Origin: Dehalococcoidia bacterium
GTDB lineage: Bacteria; Chloroflexota; Dehalococcoidia; DSTF01; JACRBR01
Direction: 5' to 3'
Length of the DNA stretch: 64,000 nucleotides
Assembly: GCA_015478665.1 (NCBI GenBank)
Contig: JADMII010000006.1
Span: 56,862 to 120,861, forward strand
Below the pieces are notes generated by a model. The model was not told the origin of the DNA and searched no databases. It worked only from the letters and a program-made list of their open reading frames with translations. Of the stretch, positions 1-9,504 are shown one piece after another; the stretch's first letter is position 1, and every line of letters begins with the position of its first letter. The translations under genes and the position numbers were made by a program.

Positions 1-410
1 GCAACATCGCGCGTCAGCTCAACACGCCGCTGGCGATCGTCGACAAGGAGCGGATGGGGAACGAAGAGCGCGTCTCGGCACTGAGCCTGATCGGCGAGGT
101 CGAGGGCCGGCATGTGCTGATCGCCGACGACGAGATCGACACCGGCGGCACCATCCTCGCCGCCGCGCGCATCGCACTCGAGCGCGGCGCCCGCAGCGCG
201 ACGGCCGCCTGCGTGCACCCGATTCTCTCCGACAGCGCCGTCCAGCGCATCTGCGGCAGCGAGATCGAGGAGCTGGTCGTCACCGACACGATCCCGCTGC
301 CGGAGTACAAGCGGGACGCCAAGATCACCACCCTCACCATCGCCCCGATGATCGGCGAAGCGATCACGCGCATCCACACCGGACAGAGCGTCGGCGAGCT
401 GTTTCAGTAG
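1..410 (+). CDS. prs: Ribose-phosphate pyrophosphokinase, C-terminal part (gene starts upstream of the window; reading frame 3)
   Basis: The translation '...GEVEGRHVLIADDEIDTGGTILAAARIALERGA...VVTDTIPLP...LTIAPMIGEAITRIHTGQSV' matches the PRPP-binding loop and C-terminus of Prs by eye. Confidence 0.9.
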   Translation, partial: NIARQLNTPLAIVDKERMGNEERVSALSLIGEVEGRHVLIADDEIDTGGTILAAARIALERGARSATAACVHPILSDSAVQRICGSEIEELVVTDTIPLPEYKRDAKITTLTIAPMIGEAITRIHTGQSVGELFQ

Positions 411-478
411 CGTGCGCGCGGCGCGCCATCCATCGCGATCCCTGCTCGACGCGCCGACGTCTCGCGGCGCCCGGGCGC

Positions 479-1756
479 TCAGAACTTCAGCAGCGGCACG
501 AAGCGTCTGTCGCTCTTGAACGGTCCGACGATCGCCAGGCTGAGCTGATTCTCGTCGAACACCTTCCGCGCCACCCGGCGCACGTCGGCCGGCGTCACCG
601 CCTCGACCAACGCGACGACCTGGTCCGGCGTCATCACCTCGTTCGCCAGGATCTCCTGCCCGCCGAGCCAGCCCGATACGCTGCGCGTGTCCTCCATCCG
701 CAGCAGCAGCCGCCCCTTCGACAGCTCCTTCGCCTTGTGCAGCTCTTCGTCCGTCACGCCGTCCGCGCGCAGCTTCGCCAGTTCCTCGACCAGCGCCTGC
801 GTCGCCTCGACCGTCTTCTTCGGGTCGACGCCGGCATACACCGCGAACGATCCGGTATCGAGATAGTGGCTGGTGTAGCTGTGCACGTCGTAGCACAGCG
901 CCCGTCGCTCGCGCAGCTCCAGGAACAGCCGGCTGCTCATCCCTTCGCCGAGAATGGCGCTCACCAGGTCGAGCGCGAAGCGGTCGGGGTCGCGGCTTGA
1001 GAGCGCGTGCACCGCCATCTCGATGTGCGCCTGCTCCGTCCGCTTGAACTGCACCGCCACACGCGGCGATGTCTGGCCGTTGAACGCCGGGATCCAGCCC
1101 GCAGGCGCGCCCGGCCGCCAGCTGCCGAGCGCCCGGTCGACCTCCTCGACCACCTGCGCGTGCCCGACGGCGCCCGCCACCGAGACCACGAGGTTGTTCG
1201 GCACGTACTGCCGCTGCAGATAGGCGACGGTGCTCTCGCGAGTGAGCGCGGTCACGCTCTCCGCCGTCCCCGCGACGTCGCGGCCAAGCGGCTGGTCGGG
1301 CCACATGGTGGCGTCGAGCAGCACGTCGACGAGCTGCGCCGGCGAATCCTCGATCGCCGCCAGCTCCTCGATGACGACCTTGCGCTCCTTCTCGAGCTCA
1401 TCCTCCGCCATGAGCGGGTCGCGCAGCATGTCGGTGAGCACATCGGCCGCCAGCGCGAAGTGCGGTGCTGCGACCTTCGCGTAGTACACCGTAAGCTCAC
1501 GGTCGGTGCCGGCGTTCATCATGCCACCGACGCCGTCGATCGCCTCGGAGATGATCTGGGCGGTGGGGCGCTTCGTCGTGCCCTTGAAGACGAGGTGCTC
1601 GAGCAGGTGCGACGTGCCGGATTCGGCCGGCGCCTCGTAGCGCGAGCCGGCGCCGACGTAGATGCTTACGGCCACGGATCGCGTCGATGGCATCGGCCCG
1701 GTGAGGACGCGCAGGCCGTTGGAGAGCGTCGAGAACTCGTGGTCCTGGTCGTGCAA
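479..1756 (-). CDS. M16 (insulinase/pitrilysin) family zinc peptidase
   Basis: 425 aa ORF with the inverted zinc motif HxxEH ('SHLLEHLVFKGT') near the N-terminus. Length is typical of M16B peptidases. Confidence 0.85.
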   Translation of the reverse strand: MHDQDHEFSTLSNGLRVLTGPMPSTRSVAVSIYVGAGSRYEAPAESGTSHLLEHLVFKGTTKRPTAQIISEAIDGVGGMMNAGTDRELTVYYAKVAAPHFALAADVLTDMLRDPLMAEDELEKERKVVIEELAAIEDSPAQLVDVLLDATMWPDQPLGRDVAGTAESVTALTRESTVAYLQRQYVPNNLVVSVAGAVGHAQVVEEVDRALGSWRPGAPAGWIPAFNGQTSPRVAVQFKRTEQAHIEMAVHALSSRDPDRFALDLVSAILGEGMSSRLFLELRERRALCYDVHSYTSHYLDTGSFAVYAGVDPKKTVEATQALVEELAKLRADGVTDEELHKAKELSKGRLLLRMEDTRSVSGWLGGQEILANEVMTPDQVVALVEAVTPADVRRVARKVFDENQLSLAIVGPFKSDRRFVPLLKF

Positions 1757-1915
1757 TCGGGCCTCATGCGCGCCAACGAGGCGCGTCGAGCGCCAGTGTA
1801 TCGGGCGCCGGTGTCAGCCGATAGCTCCTACCGCCGCCGGCGGGACACGACGCAGAGAACGAGCGTGACGGCTCGCTATTCGGCGAGAGCTGCGTCAGCG
1901 GGTGCAGCGTGATGG

Positions 1916-3448
1916 TCAGCGTCTCGCGCGCAGCACCTGTTCCTGCGTGACCGGCCGCAGCTGGCCGTTCGACCACTGGAGGTACACCGCCGGTGCGTCC
2001 GACGGCGCGCCGCCGCTCGCGTAGGTTCCGGCGGGGAAGTCGAACGCCGCCGCATCGCCGTAGAGCGCCCGCGCGACCGATGGCACCCAGAGGTACTGCT
2101 CCATCGGGTTCGTCCACGGCCCATCGATGATGTAGATCGTCGTGCCAGGCGGCACGCTCCGATAGTTGTCGCGAAGCTCGTTCACCAGCAGCTGCCAGCG
2201 CTCCGTCTCCTGCCCGGAGCGATCGTCACGGGCGTGCGTCTGCCACCCGTAGAGCGCCCCGACGGTGGCGACGAAGAGCAGCGCCAGCACGTTCACGGGG
2301 ACGCGCGCCCGCGGATGCAGCCCGCGCAGGCGCTCGTACGGCGCGTAGGCGAGCATGGCCGCGAGCGGCGCGAAGAACGCGACCGCCGCGTAGGTGTAGC
2401 GCGATGCCGTCCAGATCTCGACCGGCACGAACGGCAGCAGCGCCAGCACGATGCCCGGCACGGCGACGCGCGCCAGCTTCGGCCCGAAGACCAACATCAG
2501 CAGCCCGGCCAGCGCCACGACGCCGGCGAGCGTCCAGCGCAGCGCGTCCGGCTCGTGCGGGATCATGTGCGCGGGGTAGGCGATGAAGGACAGGTACACG
2601 GCGTAGTTCGAGAAGATGTGCGGACTCCAGGCGTAGCTGTCGAACTTGAGTTGCGGGCAGGTGCACCACTCGTAGAAGCTCAGCCAGCCTAGCGCCAGCG
2701 CCACGAACGGTAGCGCCCGCAGCGCGAGCCGCAGCGGCGCTCGCTGCCAGCGCCGGGAGAAGACGACGTATGCCAGTACGACGACCGGTGCGAAGACGAA
2801 CGAACCTTCGTTCGCCAGGAACGCCAGCATGAACATCGCGAACGAAACAGCGTACGGCCGCCAGTCGCGCTCGCCGTCCTCCGCGTAGATCACCATCGCC
2901 AGCAGCGACGCCAGCACGAAGAACATCGCCAGCACGTGGGGAAGCGCCGTAATGTACGTGACCGTATCGAAGTGCGAGCCGGAGACACCGAAGATCAGCG
3001 CCGAAACAGCACCGACCGCCGGCCGGCGCGTCAGGCGGACGACGAGGGTGTACAGCACTACGAGCGACGACAGGTGGACGGACAGGTTCACCAGCCGCCA
3101 GGCCATCGGATGGAGGCCGAACGCGCGCCACTCCGCGAGATAGACGATTCCGGTGAGCGGACGCCAGTTCGGCACGACGTCGCGCATCCGGAGCGTGTCG
3201 ATGACGAACGACGCGTTGCCGCGATACTGGATATCGCCGAGCACGACGAAGTCGTCGCCACCGAAGTAGTACTGCAGCGTCGGGAGATAGACGATGGCGG
3301 TGATCGCGAGGGCGGCGAGCAGACCCCAGTGCCGGCGCACCGCCCGGATCGCATCGCTGGCGAGCAGCCATGCCGCGGCGCGCGGCCGATGGAAGTCCCA
3401 CCCGTCCGCCGTCACGGTGATCGGGTACTTCACGTATGCAGTTGTCAC
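1916..3448 (-). CDS. Polytopic membrane protein, GT-C-fold (ArnT/PMT-like) glycosyltransferase candidate
   Basis: 510 aa with more than 10 hydrophobic segments. An acidic 'YFGGDDFVVLGD' motif follows the first TM segment, as in GT39/GT83 enzymes, and there is a soluble C-terminal domain. Confidence 0.55.
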   Translation of the reverse strand: MTTAYVKYPITVTADGWDFHRPRAAAWLLASDAIRAVRRHWGLLAALAITAIVYLPTLQYYFGGDDFVVLGDIQYRGNASFVIDTLRMRDVVPNWRPLTGIVYLAEWRAFGLHPMAWRLVNLSVHLSSLVVLYTLVVRLTRRPAVGAVSALIFGVSGSHFDTVTYITALPHVLAMFFVLASLLAMVIYAEDGERDWRPYAVSFAMFMLAFLANEGSFVFAPVVVLAYVVFSRRWQRAPLRLALRALPFVALALGWLSFYEWCTCPQLKFDSYAWSPHIFSNYAVYLSFIAYPAHMIPHEPDALRWTLAGVVALAGLLMLVFGPKLARVAVPGIVLALLPFVPVEIWTASRYTYAAVAFFAPLAAMLAYAPYERLRGLHPRARVPVNVLALLFVATVGALYGWQTHARDDRSGQETERWQLLVNELRDNYRSVPPGTTIYIIDGPWTNPMEQYLWVPSVARALYGDAAAFDFPAGTYASGGAPSDAPAVYLQWSNGQLRPVTQEQVLRARR

Positions 3449-4063
3449 TCACAGTAGGGCGAGACAGGGGATGCCTCACCAGGACGTTTCGCGGCATTGT
3501 AGAGGCGGCCTCGCGTCGGCGACATATCCTTATCGTCAACTGAGGCCACGAACTTCCCACCACCCGGGGAGGAGTAGTGGGAAATCGCTCTCGTGCCACG
3601 GGGAACGCGTCGTTCCGCCCGCGCCTGACCCGATGAGACCAGCGTCGAGCCGCGCCCTCGGCCCGGCATTGCCCGGCGGCCCAGTGGCGAACGCCGGCGC
3701 CAGCCCTCGACCGGCCGTCGGGGCGTCCACGCGCGCGCCGGCCTGCGGGCCGGTACGACGCTCTCCGGCACCGTCGAGGTGCCGGGCGTCCACGCGCGCG
3801 CGGGTCTGCGGCGAACGACCGCGCCCCCCCCCGCCAGCCTCGAGGCGGCGACCATAGGTTCGCCGACGCGTAGTGGGCGTGCGTCATCCTCGGCCATCAG
3901 ACGCTCGCTTGCCGACCGCCGCGTCGCGGGCAGCGAAGCCCATCATCCCGTTCCCCGCCTCCTTCGCTCGCGTCTCGTCGAATCACCGTGTGTCGCGCCG
4001 GCGTCCGCATCACGAACAGCCCGGAACGGTCCCGCAAACACGAGAACCCGCTATCATCCGCGC

Positions 4064-4597
4064 GTGGTGATCAGGATCGGCGGCGGTCTCGCGGTCGTCG
4101 TGCTGGCGACGCTGCTCGCCGCCTGCAGCGGCAGCGGCGGCGTCCAGCCGAAGACGCCGGCGCCCACCGCCGCGCGGGCGCCGTCGGTGGCGGAGATCAG
4201 CGCACTCGTCGGCCAGGGCTTCGTCGGCGAGACGATCCCGGATTCGGCGACGCTCGTGTCGGCCTTCACGGACCCTGTCGCCGTCATCAACGAGGTCAAG
4301 CTCTGCGGCGCCCCGGCAAACACCGAACAGGCGCGCAGTGCGGACTACTGGCCGGTGCTGCTCGGCCAATGCTATTTCGCCGGCAACGCCACCATGCGCC
4401 TCTACCAGTTCACGAACCGTAGCGAATTCCTCGATGCCAACCGCCTGCTCGAGCGGCTGCACCGCGCACGGCTCGACGAGGCGCGGGCGGACGGCGCAGC
4501 GATCGGTGAGCGCTACTGGCAGGTCGTGACGAAGGCGATCTACGACCCGGCGTTCACGCCCGTATCACCGACGGCCGCACCGGCGGCGGCTCGCTAG
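4064..4597 (+). CDS. Hypothetical lipoprotein
   Basis: An internal GTG at 4064 precedes 'VVIRIGGGLAVVVLATLLAAC SGSGG', a signal peptide with a lipobox. The upstream part of the tracked ORF (3779..) is Arg/Pro-rich and unlikely to be coding. Confidence 0.5.
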   Translation: MVIRIGGGLAVVVLATLLAACSGSGGVQPKTPAPTAARAPSVAEISALVGQGFVGETIPDSATLVSAFTDPVAVINEVKLCGAPANTEQARSADYWPVLLGQCYFAGNATMRLYQFTNRSEFLDANRLLERLHRARLDEARADGAAIGERYWQVVTKAIYDPAFTPVSPTAAPAAAR

Positions 4598-4651
4598 AGG
4601 TGTGGAATATCGGGTTTCGGAGGCCGCCCTTCGAGCCGGCCCTGCTCGCCC

Positions 4652-6052
4652 TCAGCCGAGGGTGAGCCGGACGTCGTCGTCCGTGACGACGATGCCGGCG
4701 ACGACGTCACGGACGGCGGACTGCAACTCGCCGAAGGGCAGATGCTCCCAATCGGCAAGCAGGCGTTCGATGCGCCCCTCGCGCGCCGGCGTCGCGGCCT
4801 CGTCGGCGCTGCCGCCGGCCTGTTGGCGCTCGGCGCGCTCGAGCGCGTCATCGACCGCCAGCCGCTCGCCGGCGGCTGTGAGCGCGAGATCATGCAACCG
4901 GTCCTTCGAGAGCCGGCCCCTGGCCACGGCTGTGAGGTACCCCTCGAAGCGCCGTGACACGGCGCGGGCACGCGACTGCAAGCGGCGGAGGTCCCCCGCG
5001 CCGGCGGCGGCCAAGGCGCGCGGCGGCAGCTGCGGCTGCTGCGCGGCCTCGGCGAGGGCGACAACCAGCGCCGAGCGCACCTCGGCTTCGAGGGCGGCGG
5101 CGCGCCGGGTGTGATAGCCGCAGACGCTCTGGTTGGTGCGGGACTCGCACTGATAGTAGCGATAGGAGTTCGAGCGCGACTCGCCGTCGCGTCGCGTCCA
5201 CGACTGCTTGCGGCTGACGCCGATGAGCTTGTTGCCGCAGTAGCCGCAGCGTGCCAGACCGGAGAGGAGGAACTGCGACGCGACGCGCGGCGCGAAGCTG
5301 GTGCGCCGGGTGTTGAGGCGATCCTGCACCTTGCGGAAGTCCTCGGCAGAGACGAGCTGTGGATGGCTGCCGGGCACGCGGACGCCGAAGCGCGCGTAGG
5401 TGCCCAAGTAGGCGCGATTGCGCAGGATGTCGCGGATGCTGACCATGCTCCAGTTGCCGCTGCGCCGCGTCTTCAGCCCCTCTTCGTTGAGGCGCCGTGC
5501 GATCAGCCGGATCCCCAGCCGCTCGTTGAGGTAGAGGCGGAAGATGTAGCGGACGACCACCGCTTCCTCCGGGATCAGCTCGAGGCGCCGGCGGCTGCCG
5601 ACCTTGTAGCCATAGGGCGGACGGCCGAGGACTTCGCCCTTCACTGCCTTGCGTCGCATCGCCGCGCGCACCCGGTCGCCGAGGCTCTCCCCGTCGTCCG
5701 CGCGCAGCCACGCCGTCAGCTGCGTCTCGCTATCGAGCGCGCCGTCTTCGATGCTGGTGATGCGCACGCCGGTGGACTCGAGCTGGAGGAAGCGGAAGAG
5801 GGCTTCGGTGCGCTCGACGCCCAGCGCAGCGACCGACGGCAGCACGACGAGGCAGTCCTTGAGGTCGCCGGTCCGCACGCGGCCGATGAGCTGGCGGAAT
5901 CCCGGCGCGCGGCCGTTGGGCGGCGCGGGCTCCACGAACGTGTCCGAAGCCGTCAGCCCTTCGCGCTTGCAGTAATCGAGGAAGGCCTTGTTCTGCTGGG
6001 CGACGGTGAGGCCACCCGCTGCGCCTTCGCTGAAGTAGCCGTACGCCCTCAT
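4652..6052 (-). CDS. Large serine recombinase family protein (resolvase-like N-domain, recombinase domain, zinc ribbon, coiled-coil tail); catalytic residues appear degenerate
   Basis: The recombinase domain reads 'RPPYGYKV...EEAVVVRYIFRLYL..GIRLIARRLNEEG..T..G.W....IRDILRNRAYLGTY'. The zinc ribbon reads 'LSGLARCGYCGNKL...YRYYQCESR'. The N-terminus is 'MRAYGYFSEG' instead of 'Y.RVST', and 'LVVLPSVAALGVER' replaces 'LVV.KLDRLSRS'. Confidence 0.8.
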   Translation of the reverse strand: MRAYGYFSEGAAGGLTVAQQNKAFLDYCKREGLTASDTFVEPAPPNGRAPGFRQLIGRVRTGDLKDCLVVLPSVAALGVERTEALFRFLQLESTGVRITSIEDGALDSETQLTAWLRADDGESLGDRVRAAMRRKAVKGEVLGRPPYGYKVGSRRRLELIPEEAVVVRYIFRLYLNERLGIRLIARRLNEEGLKTRRSGNWSMVSIRDILRNRAYLGTYARFGVRVPGSHPQLVSAEDFRKVQDRLNTRRTSFAPRVASQFLLSGLARCGYCGNKLIGVSRKQSWTRRDGESRSNSYRYYQCESRTNQSVCGYHTRRAAALEAEVRSALVVALAEAAQQPQLPPRALAAAGAGDLRRLQSRARAVSRRFEGYLTAVARGRLSKDRLHDLALTAAGERLAVDDALERAERQQAGGSADEAATPAREGRIERLLADWEHLPFGELQSAVRDVVAGIVVTDDDVRLTLG

Positions 6053-6055
6053 GGC

Positions 6056-6772
6056 TTATGTCACGAGGATACGCTCGCAGTTCGGACACTGAACGAGCGT
6101 ACTCCCCGACCTCGCTCTCGTCACCAAGTTCAGCGGCAATCCAATACGGCAGCCCGTGCAGAGGGTGCGGTCCAGCCGCGCCAGCGCACGGCCGTTGTGC
6201 GCCGCGCGCAGCCGGGCGTAGCGCTTGAGCTCCTCGGCGGGAATGCGCTCGGCCTGCTCGCGTCGCTCGTCCTCCGCGTCCGCGATCTCCGTCCGGAGCT
6301 GCGCGATTCGCCCGCGCAGCCCGGTCTGGTCGTCGCTGAACGCGGCGTCGGCCGCGTCACGCTCGGACGCCACGACGACGGCCTCGGACTCCGCCCGCTC
6401 GACGGCGCTCAGGGCTTCCAGGTCGCGATCCTCGATGGCCGCGAGCTGGCGCTTCATCTGATCGATATCAGCCTGCAGGTCCGCGAGTTCTTTCGGCTGG
6501 CGCAGGCTGCCGCCATAGAGTTTCTGTTCGGCGGGCGCGATCTTCGCCCGGACGTCCTCTGCCTCGCGGTCGATGTCGCGCTGTTCGGACCGCGCGCGCG
6601 CGACCGCCGCATCGCTCTCGGCGGCGCGGGCGCGGAGGGACAGGAGGTCCTCGGTCTCGCCGAGCCGCGACTCCGCGTCCTCGAGCGAAGCGCGAAAGGC
6701 ATCGAGCGCGACGTCGGTCTCCTGCAGCTTCCACAGATCTGCGATGAGGCTCATCGTGCCTTCTGCCAGCAT
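6056..6772 (-). CDS. COG1579/DUF164-type coiled-coil protein with C-terminal C4 zinc ribbon
   Basis: The sequence runs 'MSLIADLWKLQETDVALD...' through a long coiled coil and ends 'CTGCRIGLP......VQCPNCERILV'. An alternative start lies at 6754. The stop is 3 nt upstream of the recombinase ATG. Confidence 0.75.
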   Translation of the reverse strand: MLAEGTMSLIADLWKLQETDVALDAFRASLEDAESRLGETEDLLSLRARAAESDAAVARARSEQRDIDREAEDVRAKIAPAEQKLYGGSLRQPKELADLQADIDQMKRQLAAIEDRDLEALSAVERAESEAVVVASERDAADAAFSDDQTGLRGRIAQLRTEIADAEDERREQAERIPAEELKRYARLRAAHNGRALARLDRTLCTGCRIGLPLNLVTRARSGSTLVQCPNCERILVT

Positions 6773-6968
6773 GGGTGCTCCCCGTGACGCCGGCCCGGCA
6801 GCGCGCCGCCGAAGCATCAGCAGACGGACGGCATCGCCGTGCGGGTGGTGTGAACGTGGCGATTATAGGCGATCGCTCTGCTGTGCGTACATGGCAGCGC
6901 CCGTCTGTTTGTCGACGGTGAGGCGGGTTCGCTACGCTGGACACATCCTGAAACAACGGAGGTGGACC

Positions 6969-7475
6969 GTGGAATACAATGTCTCCTCCCTTCTCAAGCA
7001 GCACACTGGCGCCATCCGCGAGTACGAGGTGGACGACGATCTCCTCGTCGATGGGGTGACGCATCATGTGCGGGGGCATGTGCGGATGGACCGCACGCCG
7101 GACGGCGTCTTCGTCCGGGCGCGTATCGCCGGCGAGATGCAGGACGAGTGCAGCCGCTGCCTGCAGCCGGTCGCGTATCCGATCGTGCTCGACATCGAGG
7201 AGGAATACATCCCGACGGTCGACGTGAACACGGGCGCCCGCATCACGCTGCCGGAAGGCGACGAAGAGGCGTACCGCATCGGCGAGCGCCACATGCTGGA
7301 CCTGCGGGAGGCGGCGCAGGAGTACTGGGCGCTTGCCCTGCCGATCGCGCCCGTATGCCGTGAGGATTGCCCCGGCCTGTGCCCGGCGTGCGGCGAGGAG
7401 ATCGGGCCGGATCACCCGTGCAGCCGCGAGCAGATCGACGCGCGCTGGCAGAAGCTCGCCCAGCTGCGGCTCTGA
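6969..7475 (+). CDS. yceD: YceD/DUF177 family protein (large ribosomal RNA subunit accumulation protein)
   Basis: GTG at 6969 is preceded by GGAGG (6958-6962). The C-terminal cysteine motifs 'CSRCL...' and 'CREDCPGLCPACG' are present, and the gene has the classical position directly upstream of rpmF. Confidence 0.8.
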   Translation: MEYNVSSLLKQHTGAIREYEVDDDLLVDGVTHHVRGHVRMDRTPDGVFVRARIAGEMQDECSRCLQPVAYPIVLDIEEEYIPTVDVNTGARITLPEGDEEAYRIGERHMLDLREAAQEYWALALPIAPVCREDCPGLCPACGEEIGPDHPCSREQIDARWQKLAQLRL

Positions 7476-7573
7476 CCATCGTTGGCAGCACTCCGCCGCG
7501 ACGGCCGATCTGGTCGACCGAACCGGGCGCGTCTGTTAGACTGGCGCGACATCCAGAGAAGGAGCGATGCCGC

Positions 7574-7771
7574 TTGCCACCACTTCCGAAGCGCAAATAT
7601 CCGAAGGCGCGGCAGGGGAAGCGCCGCAGCCACCTGGCGCTGAAGCCGACCGGCCTCAGCCGCTGCCCGCAGTGCCATAACGCGCGCCTTCCGCATACGG
7701 CCTGCCCAACATGCGGCTTCTATCGCCGCGCCGAGGCGGTCCCCGTCGATCGGCCGAAGACCGCTGAGTAG
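7574..7771 (+). CDS. rpmF: 50S ribosomal protein L32 (Cys4 zinc-binding form)
   Basis: A TTG start follows GAAGGAG. The product is '(M)PPLPKRKYPKARQGKRRSHLALKPTGLSRCPQCHNARLPHTACPTCGFY'. The tracked ORF 7367..7771 over-extends the N-terminus. Confidence 0.85.
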   Translation: MPPLPKRKYPKARQGKRRSHLALKPTGLSRCPQCHNARLPHTACPTCGFYRRAEAVPVDRPKTAE

Positions 7772-7812
7772 CGCTCAGTCTGCGCCGCCCGCCCGCGGCG
7801 CCACGCCGCTCC

Positions 7813-8727
7813 ATGTCCTCGGCTGAGCCGCGCGTCGCGTGGGTGTTTCCCGGCCAGGGGTCGCAGGAACCGGGCATGGGGCGCGCCCTCGCCGAGCGGT
7901 CGCCGGCAGCCCGCGCCGTCTTCGCGCAGGCGGATGTCGTGCTCGGCCGGGCGATCTCGCGCCTGTGCTTCGAGGGCACAGCCGAGGAGCTCGGCAAGAC
8001 GGCGAACTCACAGCCGGCGATCTACGTCGTCAGCATCGCCTCCCTGGAGGCGGCGCGTGAGGCGCGTGTGCTCGAGGAGCCGCCGGCATGCGTCGCCGGC
8101 CACAGCCTCGGTGAGTACAGCGCCCTCACGGCGTCCGGCGCGCTTGACTTCGACGCCGGGCTGCGCCTCGTGGAAGCGCGCGGGCGCCTCACCCAGGCGG
8201 CAGCCGATGCGACGCACGGCACGATGGCGGCGCTGCTCGGGCTCGACGAAGCGTCCGCCGCCAGCATATGCGCCGAAACGGGCGCCGAGCTCTGCAACAT
8301 CAACTCACCCGCGCAGATCGTGATCGGCGGCCACGCTGGGGCCGTCGAGCGGGCATGCAAGCTCGCACTCGAGCGCGGCGCGAAGCGGGCGATCCCGCTC
8401 GACGTCGGCGGCGCCTTCCATACCTCGCTGATGGCGCCGGCCGTCGAGGGCATGCGCGCGGAGATCGCGGCGGCGCAGCTCCGCGATTCGCCGGTGCCGC
8501 TGATCGCCAACGATCGCGCGCTGCCCGTCCGCAATGCTTCGACGCTCGCCGAGGAGCTGCTCTTCCAGCTGACGCACCCGGTACGATGGGTGCAGTGCGT
8601 CGAGCACATGGCGTCGGACGGAATCGCGACGTTCGTGGAGATCGGCCCCGGCGGGGTCCTCAGCGGACTGATCAAGCGGATCGCGCCGCGCGCCGAAACG
8701 AAGAGCATCAACAGCGAGACGGTGTGA
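7813..8727 (+). CDS. fabD: Malonyl-CoA:ACP transacylase
   Basis: Contains 'VFPGQGSQEPGMG' and the active-site motif 'GHSLGEYSAL'. Confidence 0.9.
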   Translation: MSSAEPRVAWVFPGQGSQEPGMGRALAERSPAARAVFAQADVVLGRAISRLCFEGTAEELGKTANSQPAIYVVSIASLEAAREARVLEEPPACVAGHSLGEYSALTASGALDFDAGLRLVEARGRLTQAAADATHGTMAALLGLDEASAASICAETGAELCNINSPAQIVIGGHAGAVERACKLALERGAKRAIPLDVGGAFHTSLMAPAVEGMRAEIAAAQLRDSPVPLIANDRALPVRNASTLAEELLFQLTHPVRWVQCVEHMASDGIATFVEIGPGGVLSGLIKRIAPRAETKSINSETV

Positions 8728-8739
8728 CGGCGTGACGGC

Positions 8740-9504
8740 GTGACGAGCATGAATCGACTCTTCGACCTGACGGGCAAGGTGGCCCTGGTGACCGGCGGCT
8801 CCCGCGGCATCGGCCGGGCGATCGCGCTCGCGCTGGCCGCGCACGGCGCCCGCGTGGCGGTGAATTACGCGACGAACGCGGCGGCGGCGGACGAGACGGC
8901 GGCGGCGATCGGCGGCGAGGGCGCGGCGGTCACGCTCGCCGGTGACATCGCCAAGCCGGCGCAGGGCGCGGCGCTCGTGGAGCGCACGATCGCTGCATTC
9001 GGGCGCATCGATATCCTCGTCAACAACGCCGGCGTCACGCGCGACGACCTGGTCCTGCGGATGTCGGAGGATGCGTGGGATCAGGTCATCGACACCAACC
9101 TGAAGGGCACCTACAGCGTGACCAAGGCCGCGCTGCGGCCGATGGTGCGGCAGCGCTGGGGACGGATCATCTGCATCAGCAGCGTCGCCGGCATCGTCGG
9201 CAACGCGGGGCAGGCAAACTACGCCGCGGCGAAGGCCGGGATCGTCGGCTTCACGAAGTCCATCGCGAAGGAAGTGGCATCGCGCAACATCACGGCGAAC
9301 GTGATCGCGCCCGGGTTCATCGACACGGAGATGACGCGCGACCTGACGGAAGGGCAGCGCGCCGAGATCATGCGCATGGTAGCGTTGGGACGGACGGGGA
9401 CGCCGGACGACATCGCGCCAGCGGCCGTGTTCCTGGCTTCGGACGAGGCGGCCTACGTCACCGGGCACGTGCTGACCGTGGACGGCGGGCTGGTGATGCA
9501 CTGA
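8740..9504 (+). CDS. fabG: 3-oxoacyl-ACP reductase (SDR)
   Basis: Contains 'KVALVTGGSRGIGRAIA', 'NNAG' and 'YAAAKAG', and sits in a fab cluster. An alternative ATG start lies at 8749. Confidence 0.9.
   Translation: MTSMNRLFDLTGKVALVTGGSRGIGRAIALALAAHGARVAVNYATNAAAADETAAAIGGEGAAVTLAGDIAKPAQGAALVERTIAAFGRIDILVNNAGVTRDDLVLRMSEDAWDQVIDTNLKGTYSVTKAALRPMVRQRWGRIICISSVAGIVGNAGQANYAAAKAGIVGFTKSIAKEVASRNITANVIAPGFIDTEMTRDLTEGQRAEIMRMVALGRTGTPDDIAPAAVFLASDEAAYVTGHVLTVDGGLVMH

Noticed and set aside
3720-3811. Direct repeats considered as a possible CRISPR-like or other repeat array.
   Set aside because: There are only two imperfect copies and no regular repeat-spacer architecture anywhere in the window.
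4652-6052. The serine recombinase as a marker of an integrated prophage or mobile island.
   Set aside because: No phage, transposase or conjugation genes occur nearby. I could see no flanking direct or inverted repeats, and the neighbours are housekeeping genes. The catalytic motif also looks degenerate. I therefore annotated it as a CDS, not as a mobile element.
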